Below are positions 13,079-26,039 of a stretch of DNA of 64,000 nt, piece after piece. A model generated the notes under the pieces. That model was given only the letters and a program-made list of their open reading frames with translations. It had not been told where the DNA came from and did no database searches. Position 1 is the first letter of the stretch. Each line of letters opens with the position of its first letter. Both the position numbers and the translations under genes were made by a program. Source of the DNA: Octopus sinensis (Eukaryota); the NCBI RefSeq assembly GCF_006345805.1, contig NC_043018.1, positions 16,616,001-16,680,000 of the forward strand, given 5' to 3'.

Positions 13079-14134
13079 TAGAAGTTTAATCGACAGACAT
13101 ACTATTCTGAAGTGTATTGATCGGGTCTGACGCTGTTTCATGTTTCGTAAGTCACAATTTATTGCATGACGTGTAAAGTTGTACCAAGTAGTGAAAATGC
13201 AAGCCGCTGTTGTAATTTAGTCATATATATAAATCATAGTCATATATTTTAGCCTTGAAACATACTTTAAATTTTAAATTAGATATTATTATGTAATGGA
13301 AATCTATTAAATCACTGTTAAGTTGCGAAAAACCAAAACAATAATACACAGCGGTATCAATTTCTGATGATAATTAGTTAATTCTCTTTGACAGAGAGAA
13401 ATCAACGGAATTTTTTTTTCTTTTATTTTCAGGCAATGAGAAATAATATATTATAATTATGTATATAATATTATAATTATATATATATATATAATAATAT
13501 ATTATAAAATATTATAATAAATTCTCCTTACGATCGCATTACTGACTAATTTTTTGATAACTTATTGGATGACCAAAAAAAAATAAATAAATAAAATAAA
13601 AGGTAGAATATGAGAACTTTTATACATATATTTTTTCTTTCTAAGTGCAATAATTTCAAGCAACGAGAAATTCTTCAAAATCTTTTTCGAATACGAAATA
13701 GCGTTATAATAAGAGATGTCGTCACTTTATTTTACGGTTTTACTAACAAAGTGTTAAATCTATAATTAAAACACTACATTTTTCTGGGAGCAAATAAAAT
13801 TATAGCAATTTATGGTCTCATTTTTTATTTAAAGCTCGACAACTTTGAATGAGTTTCAAGGTATGCACAAACTGGAAAATACTAAAGTATTTTATTAGTA
13901 TTTCACATATAAAAAAATGAGTGAAGTAGTAATCCGCTTATCCCTCTTCAGCCAGCCCATAGCTCACACAGTCCACCCAGTTCCGTTACTTTTCAGATAG
14001 ACCGCGTACATAAGTGTGTGGTAAGTAAATAATTGAATTGATTTCAAAGCTATTTGGATAATACGTGTCAATTTGGGTTTTGTGTTTTGTTTCTTTTTTC
14101 GTTTTTCTTAATTACATTTCTTAACATATTTGAT

Positions 14135-14195
14135 TTTGGGGTGCAGCAGGGTTGTGTACTAACTCCTCTTTTATTTCTAATCTATGCAATCAACC
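14135..14195 (+). pseudogene. Tiny non-LTR reverse-transcriptase motif fragment
   Basis: Translates FGVQQGCVLTPLLFLIYA, matching the LINE RT motif GVxQGCxLSPxLFxIY; flanks show no further RT similarity. Confidence 0.5.
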
Positions 14196-15917
14196 TACAA
14201 GTTTGTATTTCAAATTTGAAAGCGACGTTACATGTAGTTTTATTTGGAAATCGTTTTCCCAGACAAGAAAGTAGAACATTTAAGTTTAAAATCTTATTTA
14301 AAGAAGATTTATTAATGGCCCAAGACGTTTTAAGTAAATCAGTAATTTGGAAAATGTTCTGTGATGCGTTTAGATCATAATTATCATAAGTACTACTTAA
14401 AGAATGTTCTTATGTTAGGAAACTTGTTGGGCTTGGAATTACATTTACAATCTTAAAATGTTAATACGTTTTCGTCATTCCCCAAAAATGAGTTCCAAAG
14501 AACAAAATTAATTGCTTGAACTTTCAAAATTTGTGAGAGATAATTGTTAGTTGTGCTATATAAAATATTCATTACACAAAACTTGTATTGTTTTATACAA
14601 TTTTAGTTTCCCAAAATAATAAACCTCATCAATTATGTACGAAAGAGAACTATTTCTCTTTTTTCCTGTTTACGTTTGTACAAACAAAACACTAGAATAA
14701 TGTAGAATTATCAGATATTTCACCATGGCCCATAAAATGGTCCACGAACGTGTTTTATCTCTTCTAGTATGTGGCCATTCGGTTTCACACTTCTTGTTTT
14801 ATCCGAATGTTCTGTTTCTATGATTTTACTTTTATCGATGTTTTTCTTAAAGACCACACCTTCACATGTTAATCAAGCTTGCTATTCATTTTACTTTCTA
14901 ACATTTCATCACTAGCTGCAACATCCTCATGTTATCAGTATGATCCACATCTATCATAGACTTTCCAGAAATCTTTTTAATTCCTTTTCCTTCCTCTCCG
15001 ATTGTTTCCCTCAAGAAATAATTTAATAAACTAGCATTCAAAAAAAAAAAAAACAAGTGAAAGAAAACTTCCACGCTGCACTCTGCTTCGAACTTCAAAT
15101 TCCTTTGAGTATTATTGACTGTCTACGCTTCTTCTACACTTACGTCCTCTAAATAGTGCACATATTAAATTGAAATGCTATTGTTGGAAACCATAGTAAC
15201 ATACATTAATTTTTATTGATTAACTTCAAGTTGAAAATTTCTTTGTCATGATTTGACTAGAAATTTCATTTTTCTTGATTTTCAGAAATCTACTTGAATT
15301 AAAATTTTGTGTCTTCTTTTTAAAATCTTTTCTTCGTCTTAATTGTTTTGGTCTTTGTGCATTATACCTAGGCTATTTAATCCTCAAATTCCGCACAGAT
15401 ATTTTTATAGCTAATCTCCATAAATGTATTTCTAAATATTATGATATGATATACTATTTTTCTGTATATCAGATTCTGCTCATAATGGTATGTCACTCTA
15501 ATAGAATATGTTACGTGATTGTATTGATTTTTCCCTCAAATCTAAGCTAAAGTAATATATACAATAATTATGAATTCCGTTTTTTTAGCACATAACCATT
15601 TACTATAATGTTATATTTATGAAAATTGTAAATATTCGCAATATAATAATGGCCAATGAACTTAGATTATTTTTAGAAATGTCTAGACTAAAGAAAGGTT
15701 AAAAGAGACAGAGACAGAGAGTGATGATACATTCTGTGATATTCTTTAAATTAAGGGGACCAACGGACATAAGAGGAGGAGTATCAAAAGGGGTCAAATG
15801 AAGTTGACAGAAAGGGAAAGAATTTTCTATTCCAAAAAACTGAAACTGTTTTAGCATTTTTAAAGATTCAGAATACCACTGATGTTCTTGTACACACACA
15901 CAAACACACACACACAC

Positions 15918-15969
<52 letters not shown>

Positions 15970-16121
15970 CGCAGAGATAGATATTATTAAGTATTGTGTA
16001 AAAGAAAGTCACGTGTATATATATCTACCAGACATATCAATCTCGGGGGAAAATTACTTCCTGCTATTAAACAAGGCATTTTGGCAGATACAAATGAAGC
16101 TACATCGACTAGTTTTGGTCC

Positions 16122-16805
16122 TGCCGGGCGAAATGCATAGCGGTATTTCGTCTGCCGTTACGTTCTGAGTTCAAATTCGCCGAGGTCGACTTTGCCTTTC
16201 ATCCTTTCGGGGTCGATAAATTAAGTACCAGTTACGCACTGGGGTCGATATAATCAACTCAATCCGTCTGTCTGTCCTTGTTTGTCTCCTCTGCGTTTAG
16301 CCCCTTGTGGGTAGTAAAGAAATAGGCATTCGTCTGCCGTTACGTTCTGAGTTCGAATTCCGCCGAGGTCGACTTTGCCTTTCATCCTTTCGGGGTCGAT
16401 AAATTAAGTACCAGTTACGCACTGGTGTCGATATAATCAACTTAATCCGTCTGTCTGTCCTTGTTTGTCTCCTCTGCGTTTAGCCCCTTGTGGGTAGTAA
16501 AGAAATAGGTATTTCGTCTGCCGTTACGTTCTGAGTTCGAATCCCGCCGAGGTCGACTTTGCCTTTCATCCTTTCGGGGTCGATAAATTAAGTACCAGTT
16601 ACGCACTGGGGTCGATGTAATCGACTTAATACCTATGTCTGTCCTTGTTTGTCTCCTCTGCGTTTAGCCCCTTGTGGGTAGTAAAGAAATAGGTATTTCG
16701 TCTGCCGTTACGTTCTGAGTTCGAATTCCGCCGAGGTCGACTTTGCCTTTTATCTTTTCGGGGTCGATAAATTAAGTACCAGTTGCATACTGGGTGGGGT
16801 CGATC
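16122..16805 (+). mobile_element. Head-to-tail concatemer of SINE A bodies (~184-bp unit, 3 full + 1 partial)
   Basis: tcgtctgccgttacg starts at 16148, 16330, 16514 and 16698; junctions read ...aaagaaatagg(t/c)att(t)cgtctgcc; only the first unit has a partial head. Confidence 0.95.
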
Positions 16806-17455
16806 TAAAAGTTTCAAGCCTTGCACCTGGAGTAGAAAATATTTTCTCACTCAAACCATTTCTTTTTAACAAATTCTTCATTTTCCCCTCTTCATGATAT
16901 TTAATGATGGTTTGATTCAATGGAGGTTTGAGTAAAGAGTTGCCGAGGTTCGTTTTCAATAAGGTTAGCTGGCCATTCTGTGAATCATGGTAATGCTGAC
17001 GTTAAAATTGTATTCCTTACACACTTATGCATCTTTCTGTTTGTGCGCGCCCGCGGGCATGTTTCTGTCTGTATGTCTGTACATATCTGTCTGTCTAAAT
17101 GCTTACACATGAACGAAGCAATTATCATAAACTCTGGAGTAAATTGTCCTCAGTGATTTATTATTGATCTTTTTCACATATCGATTAAAAACAATTGATT
17201 GGCTTTCCCTTATAAATATGGAATTGAGTTCTATTCATCGGAGATACCATTCTCTAAAAGAAAATCACTATTTGTTGATGTTTTCGTTTGGTCTCGCTTT
17301 CTGCGCATGTCATAATGTGCATTTGTTTGAAGCAATGGAGGGCGATTTGAGGGAGATGTTGCTACCATTCCTACCTGATTGATTGAGCATGTACACGTTC
17401 CATCAGTGGATCAATATCAATCATTTCTTTATGTATCTATATATTTATTCACTTA

Positions 17456-17520
17456 GTCAGTTAGTTTAGTTAATTAATTAATTAATTCACTAGTTAGTTA
17501 GTTAGTTAGTTAGTTAGTTT
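17456..17520. repeat. (TTAG)n/(TAAT)n short tandem repeat
   Basis: Direct reading. Confidence 0.85.
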
Positions 17521-17929
17521 TGAAGAAACATAATTTCCTATTCCTAATAAGCTTAATAAAATCTATAATTAATTAGTGCTTTGTCAAACTAAACCGATAC
17601 TCATTTAGCTCACAAAAGTACCATAATTAATTTACGCGACTCTACGTTGAATGTCGATAAGTTACTGGGATTTCGGCCTTTGTCCTACGATAATTAATGT
17701 CAATTGATTAACTTCACTTAATTAACTACATCGCACATCCGATGTCTAAACCTCTCAAGTTCATAAGAATGTCCTGCCATCGTAATTACACTAAACAGAG
17801 AAACAAAATAGACATCATCTCTGCAAATAGAGTTGCTTCGTCTAACCGAGCACTCGAACTTATAGAGATAGCTGTTAAATCTCCCTCAACCATCATTTTT
17901 CAGTCATAAATAAGGAAGAACATACTTTA

Positions 17930-17937
17930 TATATATA

Positions 17938-17968
<31 letters not shown>

Positions 17969-18032
17969 AGATATAGATATATATATACATATATATAATA
18001 TATTTATATATATATATATAATATATATATAT

Positions 18033-18075
<43 letters not shown>
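17930..18075. repeat. (TA)n microsatellite with (GATATA)n core
   Basis: Direct reading. Confidence 0.95.
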
Positions 18076-18078
<3 letters not shown>

Positions 18079-18237
18079 TAAACTTTGGTTGCAGAACAAA
18101 CAGATATAAGGTCATCCACCCAACTATTACATCTCGAACATTTAATCACATAATAGATGCATAAAATCACAGAAGATGAAACATAATGATCGGAGAAAAA
18201 TGTAGCAACAGCGATGCTTCTGTTCAGAATGATGTAA

Positions 18238-18627
18238 TCTATATACATAAAGCTGAAATTGTCTGTGTGCGGCAGGTTTGGTAGCCTTCAACTAACACTA
18301 TCTCCTCCGAGACCCCGCGGCGCAAGTTGACTAAAATTGAGCGTATGATAGAAGAAGACTTGCTCTTCATTCCGTAGAAGAAAAAATTCAAATTGGACCA
18401 TGTTAACACCAAAAATTATTTACATAACAAAGGTGTTTTTTTTCTATGAAAATCCCTATTTTTTACGATTTTTTGACTGCTGTGTCGCCATTTTTCGGTG
18501 TATTTCAACCAGGAAAATGTTCACTTAAAGAGAATAACAAACTACATAATGCAAAATTTTTACTTTTCAAAAATTCCAATTCGAAAGGGTCGAAACAAAG
18601 CCGAGCAGCGCCGGGAGATACTGCCAG
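18238..18627 (+). mobile_element. Non-autonomous Helitron, different internal subtype
   Basis: a|TCTATATACATAAAG...gccgagcagcgccggg-agatactg-CCAG|t; termini resemble the other four copies, interior unrelated. Confidence 0.8.
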
Positions 18628-19021
18628 TAAAATAAATTTTAAAAATCTTCAGGACTAATCCTGCTTTATGGTTTTGAATCCTCGTCGAAATGTTTTCAAT
18701 ATATTTTCTTACTGATGCTTTTGTAAAAGTCAGAGTGGCTTGGCTTGGCAAAAAAGATCAATAATTTAAAACTAGAGTATCTAATGATTCGACGTCTCTT
18801 GTATATAGAGGTGAAAATTTTGGATATGTTAATATATGTGTATCGATTATTTCTTAATATTCAGTGAAGTTGTGTTCAGCAGTTAGATTCTGCATTGCAA
18901 GATTAACAGAAGCGAATAAACACCTGGTAGGTGTCTTACGATGAAGCTCAGTCGTCCGTGAGAAATTTCTGGGGTTCCGCATGATAACGGCTGTATAATA
19001 AAAATAATAATCCTTATTTTG

Positions 19022-19405
19022 CTCTTTTACTCTTTTACTTGTTTCAATCATTTGACCGTGGCCATGCTGGAGCACCGCCTTTAATCGAGAAAATCGACCC
19101 CAGGACTTATTCTTTGGTAGCCGAGTACTTATTCGGTTGTCGTGTGATGTTGGGGGACAAACACAGACACACAAACATATACACACATACATACATACAC
19201 ACAACACCACACATATACATACATATATATATAATATACGACAGGCTTTTTTTCAGTTTCCGTCTACCAAATCCACTCACAAGGCTTTGGTCGGCCCGAG
19301 GCTATAGTAGAAGACACTTGCCCAAGGTGTCACGCCGCGCGAGACTGAACCCGGAACTATGTGGTTCGTAAGGAAGCTACTTACCACACAGCCACACCTA
19401 CGCCT
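19022..19405 (-). mobile_element. SINE family D (tRNA head, CORE-like cttgggcaagtgtctt, internal microsatellite)
   Basis: Reverse complement matches 52566-52970. Confidence 0.9.
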
Positions 19406-19409
19406 ATTG

Positions 19410-19503
19410 GACATAAACACAACAGCATCGGTTGTCAAGCGATGTTGGGGACAAGCACAGGCACACAAACATACACACACACAACACACACACACACACA
19501 CAC

Positions 19504-19545
<42 letters not shown>

Positions 19546-19693
19546 TACGACGTGCTTCTTTCAGTTTCCGTCAATCAAATCCACTCACAAGGCTTTGGTC
19601 GGCCTGAGGCTTATAGTAGAAGACACTTGCCCAAGGTGCCACGCAGTGGGACTGAACATGGAACCAAGCTACTTACTACCACTCCTGCGCCTA
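19410..19693 (-). mobile_element. SINE family D, second copy in tandem, lacking the 3' tail
   Basis: acagcatcggttgtcaagc...gacacttgcccaagg...ccactcctgcgcctat immediately after the first copy. Confidence 0.88.
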
Positions 19694-19901
19694 TATCAGC
19701 CTTTCTGAGTCGATAAATAAGTACCAGTTAAAGACTGATGCCGATGTAATCGATTATACCCCCCCCCCAAAAAAAAAAATTTTGTATGTATGTATATTCG
19801 CTTTATAAATACCAAATGTAAAATAATGATATCCAAACGCGTTATCTCTGAGATTGAATGGGTTTTGGTAGTTTCTACCTTATACATACTTTTTATACCT
19901 T

Positions 19902-19942
<41 letters not shown>

Positions 19943-20752
19943 AACCCTAAAGCAACGCACAAGTTCAATCATTACTATTGTGGTAACAGATATTTTCCCT
20001 TTCACTCTTTCTTTCTCTCCTCCTTTCTTCCTTTTTTTCTCCTTCCCTAATTTCCTCCACTTCCATTTGTTCATTTTCCGGAGCCATCTGCAATCTTTAA
20101 TTAACATTATACCAACATTACTGTTCTTGCCACACCAGACAAATATGGAATGCTACCAAAGAATCGCTAGGCTTCCGCCAGATACAAAGAGAATGGTAAT
20201 GAATTTCCTGCGACAACGATCTCTCCAATGCCAAAGTATTCTGCTCCGACTGTTTCTTCAACATGGTGTACTTTCCGTTACATTTCAAAACCAACACTTG
20301 AGAATTCAAGTGTAATCTCTCTCTTTCTATCTCTCTCTCTCTCTCTCTCTCTCCTTCTCACACGCACACATACATACATACACGTATACACACACACACA
20401 CACTCATGCGTGCACATGTACTCTTTTACTTGTTGCACTCACTAAGATTACAGTTATGTGAAACGCTCCAAGCAATTCGGTTTCTTATTTCAAATCCCGT
20501 TCATCATTTGTCTGTGATTTCTCGCTGAACAGTTGGGTTCTGGGTGAAGCAACCCACACGCAACAAAGCAGTGATTGAATGGCAGTCTTCCTACCATCAC
20601 CTTGGTGATAAATGAAGAACAAGCTATGTAGGACACTGTTGACTCACTGGGTCCTTCTATTGTTAGCGCCCGATCAACGATAATTGAGCAGAACTATGAC
20701 CAAAGTTATTTTCCATACATATTTTTGTATGTGTGTGTGTGTCTGTGTGTGT

Positions 20753-20792
<40 letters not shown>

Positions 20793-21052
20793 AAGAAAGA
20801 AACAAACAAAGAAAGAGAGAGTGAGAAAGAGAGAGCGAGAGTGAGAGATAGAGTGGACAGCTTGACGGTTCGTACCCTGTCTCTGATACTTCTTTGAGCC
20901 CTTCTCAACGTTGAGCTTCATATCTCACCACATCCTGTAGTAAAGAGTTACTTCGAAGTAATGAGACTGGATTCTAATATTTTTACAGACCTGTTGTTGT
21001 TGTTGCTGTTGCTGTTGTTGTTTTAGCCTCGAGTCGATCCTAATAAAGCAGA

Positions 21053-21580
21053 TATGTTGTGCTGAGTTAAACGTTTTGAAATATTTTGGTAACTTATTTG
21101 CTTTAGTCATCGGATGACACTAGAAGCAGCCTGGCATTCACAGTAGAGGCCATCGTGTGGCACCGTCTGAAGTCACCTTTTCTACCATTTCTTTGATCTC
21201 ACACTGATACCTATTTCTTTATTACCCACAAGGGGCTAAACACAGAGCAGACAATCAAGGACAGGCATAGGTATTAAGTCGATTACATCGACCCCAGTGC
21301 GTAACTAGTACTTAATTTATCGACCCCGAAAGGATGAAAGGCAAAGTCGACCTCGGCGGAATTTGAACTCACAACGTAACGCACACGAAATACCGATAAG
21401 CATTTCGCCTGGCGTGCTAACGTTTCTGCCAGCTCGCCGCCACACTGATACCAATTCTTCTCCTTCGATGGGAAGAACTCGTTCATTGAATTTTCCACCT
21501 TCTCTGGGTTGATGGATCTTCAGGAGCGCATGAAGTGAACCATGGATCAGAATAAGTAATAATCTGTTGGAGATATTTTA
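21053..21580 (-). mobile_element. Mariner 3'-end fragment (inverted arm), interrupted by a SINE
   Basis: With the SINE removed, the minus strand reads ISPTDYYLF*SMVHFMRS*RSINPEKVENSMNEFFPSKEKNWYQCEIKEMVE, followed by a 3' end matching 22098-22178. Confidence 0.8.
21212..21440 (-). mobile_element. SINE family A, full-length, 12-bp TSD
   Basis: TSD cacactgatacc at 21200-21211 and 21441-21452. Confidence 0.95.
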
Positions 21581-21599
21581 CCGCAATCTTAACGTGCAT

Positions 21600-22178
21600 A
21601 AAGCAGTAGTTAAGCAAGCTCCGTTAAATAAAGGTGTTTCGAAGACTGTGTAAGGCTCAGCATCTGGTGGAATTGTAAGGGAATAATTCACTACGGTCGA
21701 ACCATCGATGCCATGCTATATTCCGAATAGTTGAAGCGGATGTATATCACTTTACTGCAAAACTTCCTGGCATTGGTCGACAGAGTTCTTTCTACAACAA
21801 CGCAACACAAGACCTCATACCGCTCGAACGACCCGGAATAAATTTCAGGAACTTGAAGGAATCGAGCTGATGCCTCATCAACCATATAGTCTGGATCTAT
21901 CTCCGTTAGTTTATTACTTGTTCCGATCCTCCGTTTATTTCCTGCACACGCAGTGTTTCATCAATTAAGAGGGGGTGGAAACTTCAGGGAAAGATTTCTT
22001 CGCTTCGAAAGACAAGAACAAGTACCCTTGTGGAATCAAGGAACTGATAGAAACGTTGCTTCATACGATGCCACACCATGGCTTCTACTTCGAATGCTTG
22101 GCTGCAGCTTTTGTTGTAACTTGGCAAATAAAGCAAGTAAGTTGCCTAAATATTTCAAAACATGGGACCCAACAAAAT
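21600..22178 (+). mobile_element. Mariner transposase 3' relic with 3' end
   Basis: VRLSIWWNCKGIIHY...NTRPHTARTTRNKFQELEGIELMPHQPYSLDLSPLVYYLFRS...FFASKDKNKYPCGIKEL; degenerate HDNARPH and YSPDLAPSD motifs, stops and frameshifts. Confidence 0.88.
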
Positions 22179-22284
22179 AGGATCAAATCTATTTTTTCAT
22201 GACTCCTGGGTTCACATTTTCTGGGCATAATATTACCCTGAACAATATTCCTAAATGTGTTTTTCATGTCGAATCAGAAAACAG

Positions 22285-22350
22285 AGTGAGATGCGATATA
22301 AATCAGACTGCTATTTCCAGCAGATCCAGCGACCACGTATACACTCTCGC
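22285..22350 (+). mobile_element. Short interspersed repeat fragment (family F)
   Basis: ctgctatttccagcagatccagcgaccacgta resembles ctgctatttctagcagacctagtgacagtgta near 41032-41062. Confidence 0.45.
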
Positions 22351-22397
22351 CTTTGGTCGAAAAGTGTACTGTAGAACTGACGAATGCTTTTTCGGGT

Positions 22398-22806
22398 GAC
22401 AGCTTGCTATTGTGAATTTAAGAAAAGGTACTTGTCCTGTCTGAGGTACCTCTTAGATCTTAAAGTGGTTACTGTCACAGGAAGCTGGTATAACTACCAT
22501 GACAGTTTGTTATTGTGACTTTAAGAAAAGGTACTTGTCCTGTCTGAGGTACCTCTTAGATCTTATAGTGGTTAATGTCACGGGAAACTGGTATAACTAC
22601 CATGACAGTTTGTTATTGTGAATTTAAGAAAAGGTACTTGTCCTGTCTGAGGTACCTCTTAGATCTTAAAGTGGTTAATGTCACGGGAAACTGGTATAAC
22701 TACCATGACAGTTTGCTATTGTGAATTTAAGAAAAGGTACTTGTCCTGTCTGAGGTACCTCTTAGATCTTAAAGTGGTTAATGTCACGGGAAACTGGTAT
22801 AACTAC
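22398..22806. repeat. 103-bp minisatellite, 4 copies
   Basis: Units start at 22398, 22501, 22604 and 22707; highly similar; last unit 100 bp. Confidence 0.97.
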
Positions 22807-23422
22807 GAATCTAATTGAACGGAGAAGGTAACACCAATAAACTGGAACATGTGAATCTTGGAATCGCAGCCATGTACCACCAAACACACAAAACTATTTT
22901 ATATATGCAATAATACGACTGGATGCGGTAGTCATTAATATAAAAAGAGACATGATGGTCACCTTCCATGTATAACCTTTGTTCACAGGTTCGTTAGCAT
23001 AATATTTGTCCTGGTACTAAACGGCAGCTAGTTTTGCATAAACTTTGGGAGGGTTGAAAGACCAAATCAACATCAATGGGATTCGACTTCACAAAATAGA
23101 ATTCTGCAGCGGAATATCACTAAATGTATTCTGTTCTACTAATGGTTTTGTCATCTCGCATGATCATGATATTTCCTAAATATTGATTTCTTTCGACCAG
23201 ACACAAAGTATCATAATTTATGTAATATATTGAATTCACCAGAGCCGCTTATCAATACTCTGAAATTATATCACCGACGTTTACCATATTTATCCATACA
23301 TTATTGTGGACAACCTGCTGAGAGAAAGTGTTTCACTTAGACGAAAACGTTTTAGGAAATTTAATTACTCTGTGATTGATAGACTGTTTAGCCATACGCT
23401 TATTCCTGTATACTTTCTACAG

Positions 23423-23423
<1 letters not shown>

Positions 23424-23469
<46 letters not shown>

Positions 23470-23675
23470 CACACGCACATATATATATATATATTTACGG
23501 ATCAATGGGATATATAAAGTATATATGCATATATATATACATATATATTTGTACACATGTATGTATGTATTACGTACATATATATATGTGTATGTATATA
23601 TATATATATATATATGTGTATGTATGTATATATATATATATGTATATGTATGTATGCATATTATATATATGTATG

Positions 23676-23706
<31 letters not shown>

Positions 23707-23872
23707 ATGTATATATATATATGTGTATGTATATATATATTATATATATATATATATGTCTGTATATATATATATATATATCTATATACATACATATATA
23801 TATATATATAGATATATATATATATATAATATATATATATATATATGTATGTATGTACGTATGTATATATAT
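23424..23872. repeat. (CA)n/(TA)n/(TATG)n compound microsatellite
   Basis: Direct reading. Confidence 0.95.
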
Positions 23873-24288
23873 AGCCTATCCACCATCCATTTGTATACAG
23901 CATCTAGTAATAATTCTACAGCACTCTTTTCTGTTCAATCGTACTTAATAACCAGATGTCATTTTTTACTTGATATATTCACAATTTACGTTATTAAAAA
24001 CATCAGCTATTCTCTCCTATACTTTACGCCCCAATATTAATAAGTGTTTATATTGGAAAGTAGCGAATGTTGTCGGGAATTAAAGAACGCTATGGGAATA
24101 CCTGGCAGTATTTAGCTTTATCTATCTGCATCCTGAATTTAAATCCAGCCAGAAAAGAATAAGTTTTCCTTTTTCTTTTTATTCAAATGAAGCTGATGAA
24201 TAAATATACAGAAAGTGAATCAATCACCGACGGCTCTTATTTACAAATCGATAACCTCTTTCCGATGTACGAAATCGATATATGAATG

Positions 24289-24360
24289 CAATAATCCCTC
24301 GACTATCGTGGGTGTTACGTTCCAAACGCCGCCGCGATAAGTGAAAATCCGCGAAGTAGA
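24289..24360 (+). mobile_element. Pogo/Tigger-like DNA transposon terminal fragment (putative)
   Basis: caataatccctcgactatcgtgggtgttacgttcc...ccgcgataagtgaaaatccgcgaagtag resembles CAGTAATCCCTCG-type Tigger/pogo ends; recalled similarity, not searched. Confidence 0.45.
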
Positions 24361-24372
24361 AACAGTACTCTA

Positions 24373-24600
24373 CATTGTTGTAGAGCTGAAAAAGAGGTAA
24401 TTTCTACTCTTCTCCTCTGGAAGCCATCTACTCGCAATACCAGAGGGCGCACACTCTCCTACCCTGATGTAATCTCCAGGGATACAGGCATCCAGCAACA
24501 GGACCTCCGCAATGCCATGATGGACCGTGAAGTCTGGCGTAGCATGGTAAATTCCATTGTCTCGACCACGGTCGAACAATGATGAATGATGATGATGATG
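24373..24600 (+). mobile_element. RTE-clade LINE 3' end (5'-truncated) with (GAT)n tail
   Basis: Open frame 24373-24582 HCCRAEKEVISTLLLWKPSTRNTRGRTLSYPDVISRDTGIQQQDLRNAMMDREVWRSMVNSIVSTTVEQ*; typical RTE C-terminus (HCxR...LLW.P...MxDRxxWR); stop followed by a GAT repeat tail. Confidence 0.85.
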
Positions 24601-26039
24601 TAGGCGAGAGATTACTATGTATTCATGGAAAGAGTTGAAGCGCTAAGTATTTTTTTACCTACTGAAGTTCTGATTACGATTTATGATTTCGATTTCTGAT
24701 GACATACGATTCCGATTGATATAATTTAACTAGAAATCAAAACTCTCAAGATACTTCTAATTGTTGGACTAGTTTGCATTCTAATTTGTGTCATTGAGAG
24801 TTATAATCGTTATAACATACCATTCTCTTAAAATATCGGGCGTCTGTATTTAATCAAATCATACGCCAATATTTATTTCTCACGGACAACAAAAAAAAAA
24901 TTCAATTGAATGTATCCGTCAATATGGTATTAATCCCTATGTCAGCAGAAAGTTGTTCTTAGCTATAACCATGGCAATGTATTTGATCTATAGCACTACT
25001 ACTATACGAATAATCTCCCAAAAATGGCTTTCAGTAGTTACTTTTACCTCCCGTTTATTTTCATTAAACTGACGAAGAAATGTTTTCAAATGTATTGATG
25101 CGGCTCTGATAAATAAACATGAAGGTAAGACACGAGGTAGAGCTATGTCCGAAAGGATGAGGCATACGAGCAAGGCCAACCGTTGAGATGGTCAAGATAT
25201 CGGTAGAGAAGCTAGGGCCGAAAATTGGCTGCAGTTGTCACACTTAAAATCGAATAACATCTTTCATGATGTAAGACAATTAATGAATCATTTTTATTCA
25301 TAAGGAGGCTTGTTTTTATTGCTTTAGATCGGACTGAAGCCACTGGGAAATTTTCTAATCATTATGTCTCGTACGTTTACTTTTACAAAAGACAATCTTG
25401 AATGGTAGCTCGTCCAAAGATTAAGGATATAGAGCAGATTATCATTTAGTTTGAGCTAATACTGTCGTTGGAAAATGTGGTAACAATCAATTAGGAAGCC
25501 ATGAGTCAATTTTCAAAATTATAGCATCTAAATAGAGTAAATTTTACTAAAAGCTCAGTAAACTGGGATTTTTAATAACCTTTTGAAAAATAATCCAATC
25601 GATCTTGAAGTTTCCGATGTTCTGTGACTGAATTAATTTGAAATGTTCTGTTCCGCTGGATGCTCAAACATTGAAAAACTTGGTTAATTGCTGAAGCTCA
25701 TGACAAGACCTGTGTAAAAGTCAACAGAATTTTTTGTTTTTAATTGAACAGAGTAATGTATTTTGAGATATTTTTAACAGTTGCAATAGAAACGATTGCC
25801 AGCGATAAAGTAATCGATTGAATTTGTAATTTTTATGCTCTGTTTTCCATTATTCTACTCACATTTCTAATATGACGTTTATTGCAAATTTATTTACAGT
25901 GAATGTGGAAAATATTTAGAAACAATAAACGTTTTTAGAAATAATAAAATTATCCAGAACAATACGAGTGTCGTATATGAGACTTGAGTTTAAAATAAGG
26001 TTAATCAGTTAAATGTTGCTCGTGAAATTTATCTGTGAA

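Noticed and set aside
17904-18248. CSRCNSW resembling a PHD-finger motif
   Set aside because: Lacks the other Cys/His ligands; the ORF starts in a Helitron end and runs into (TA)n.
22398-22806. CRISPR-like look of the palindromic 103-bp repeat
   Set aside because: No unique spacers, no cas genes, eukaryotic context.
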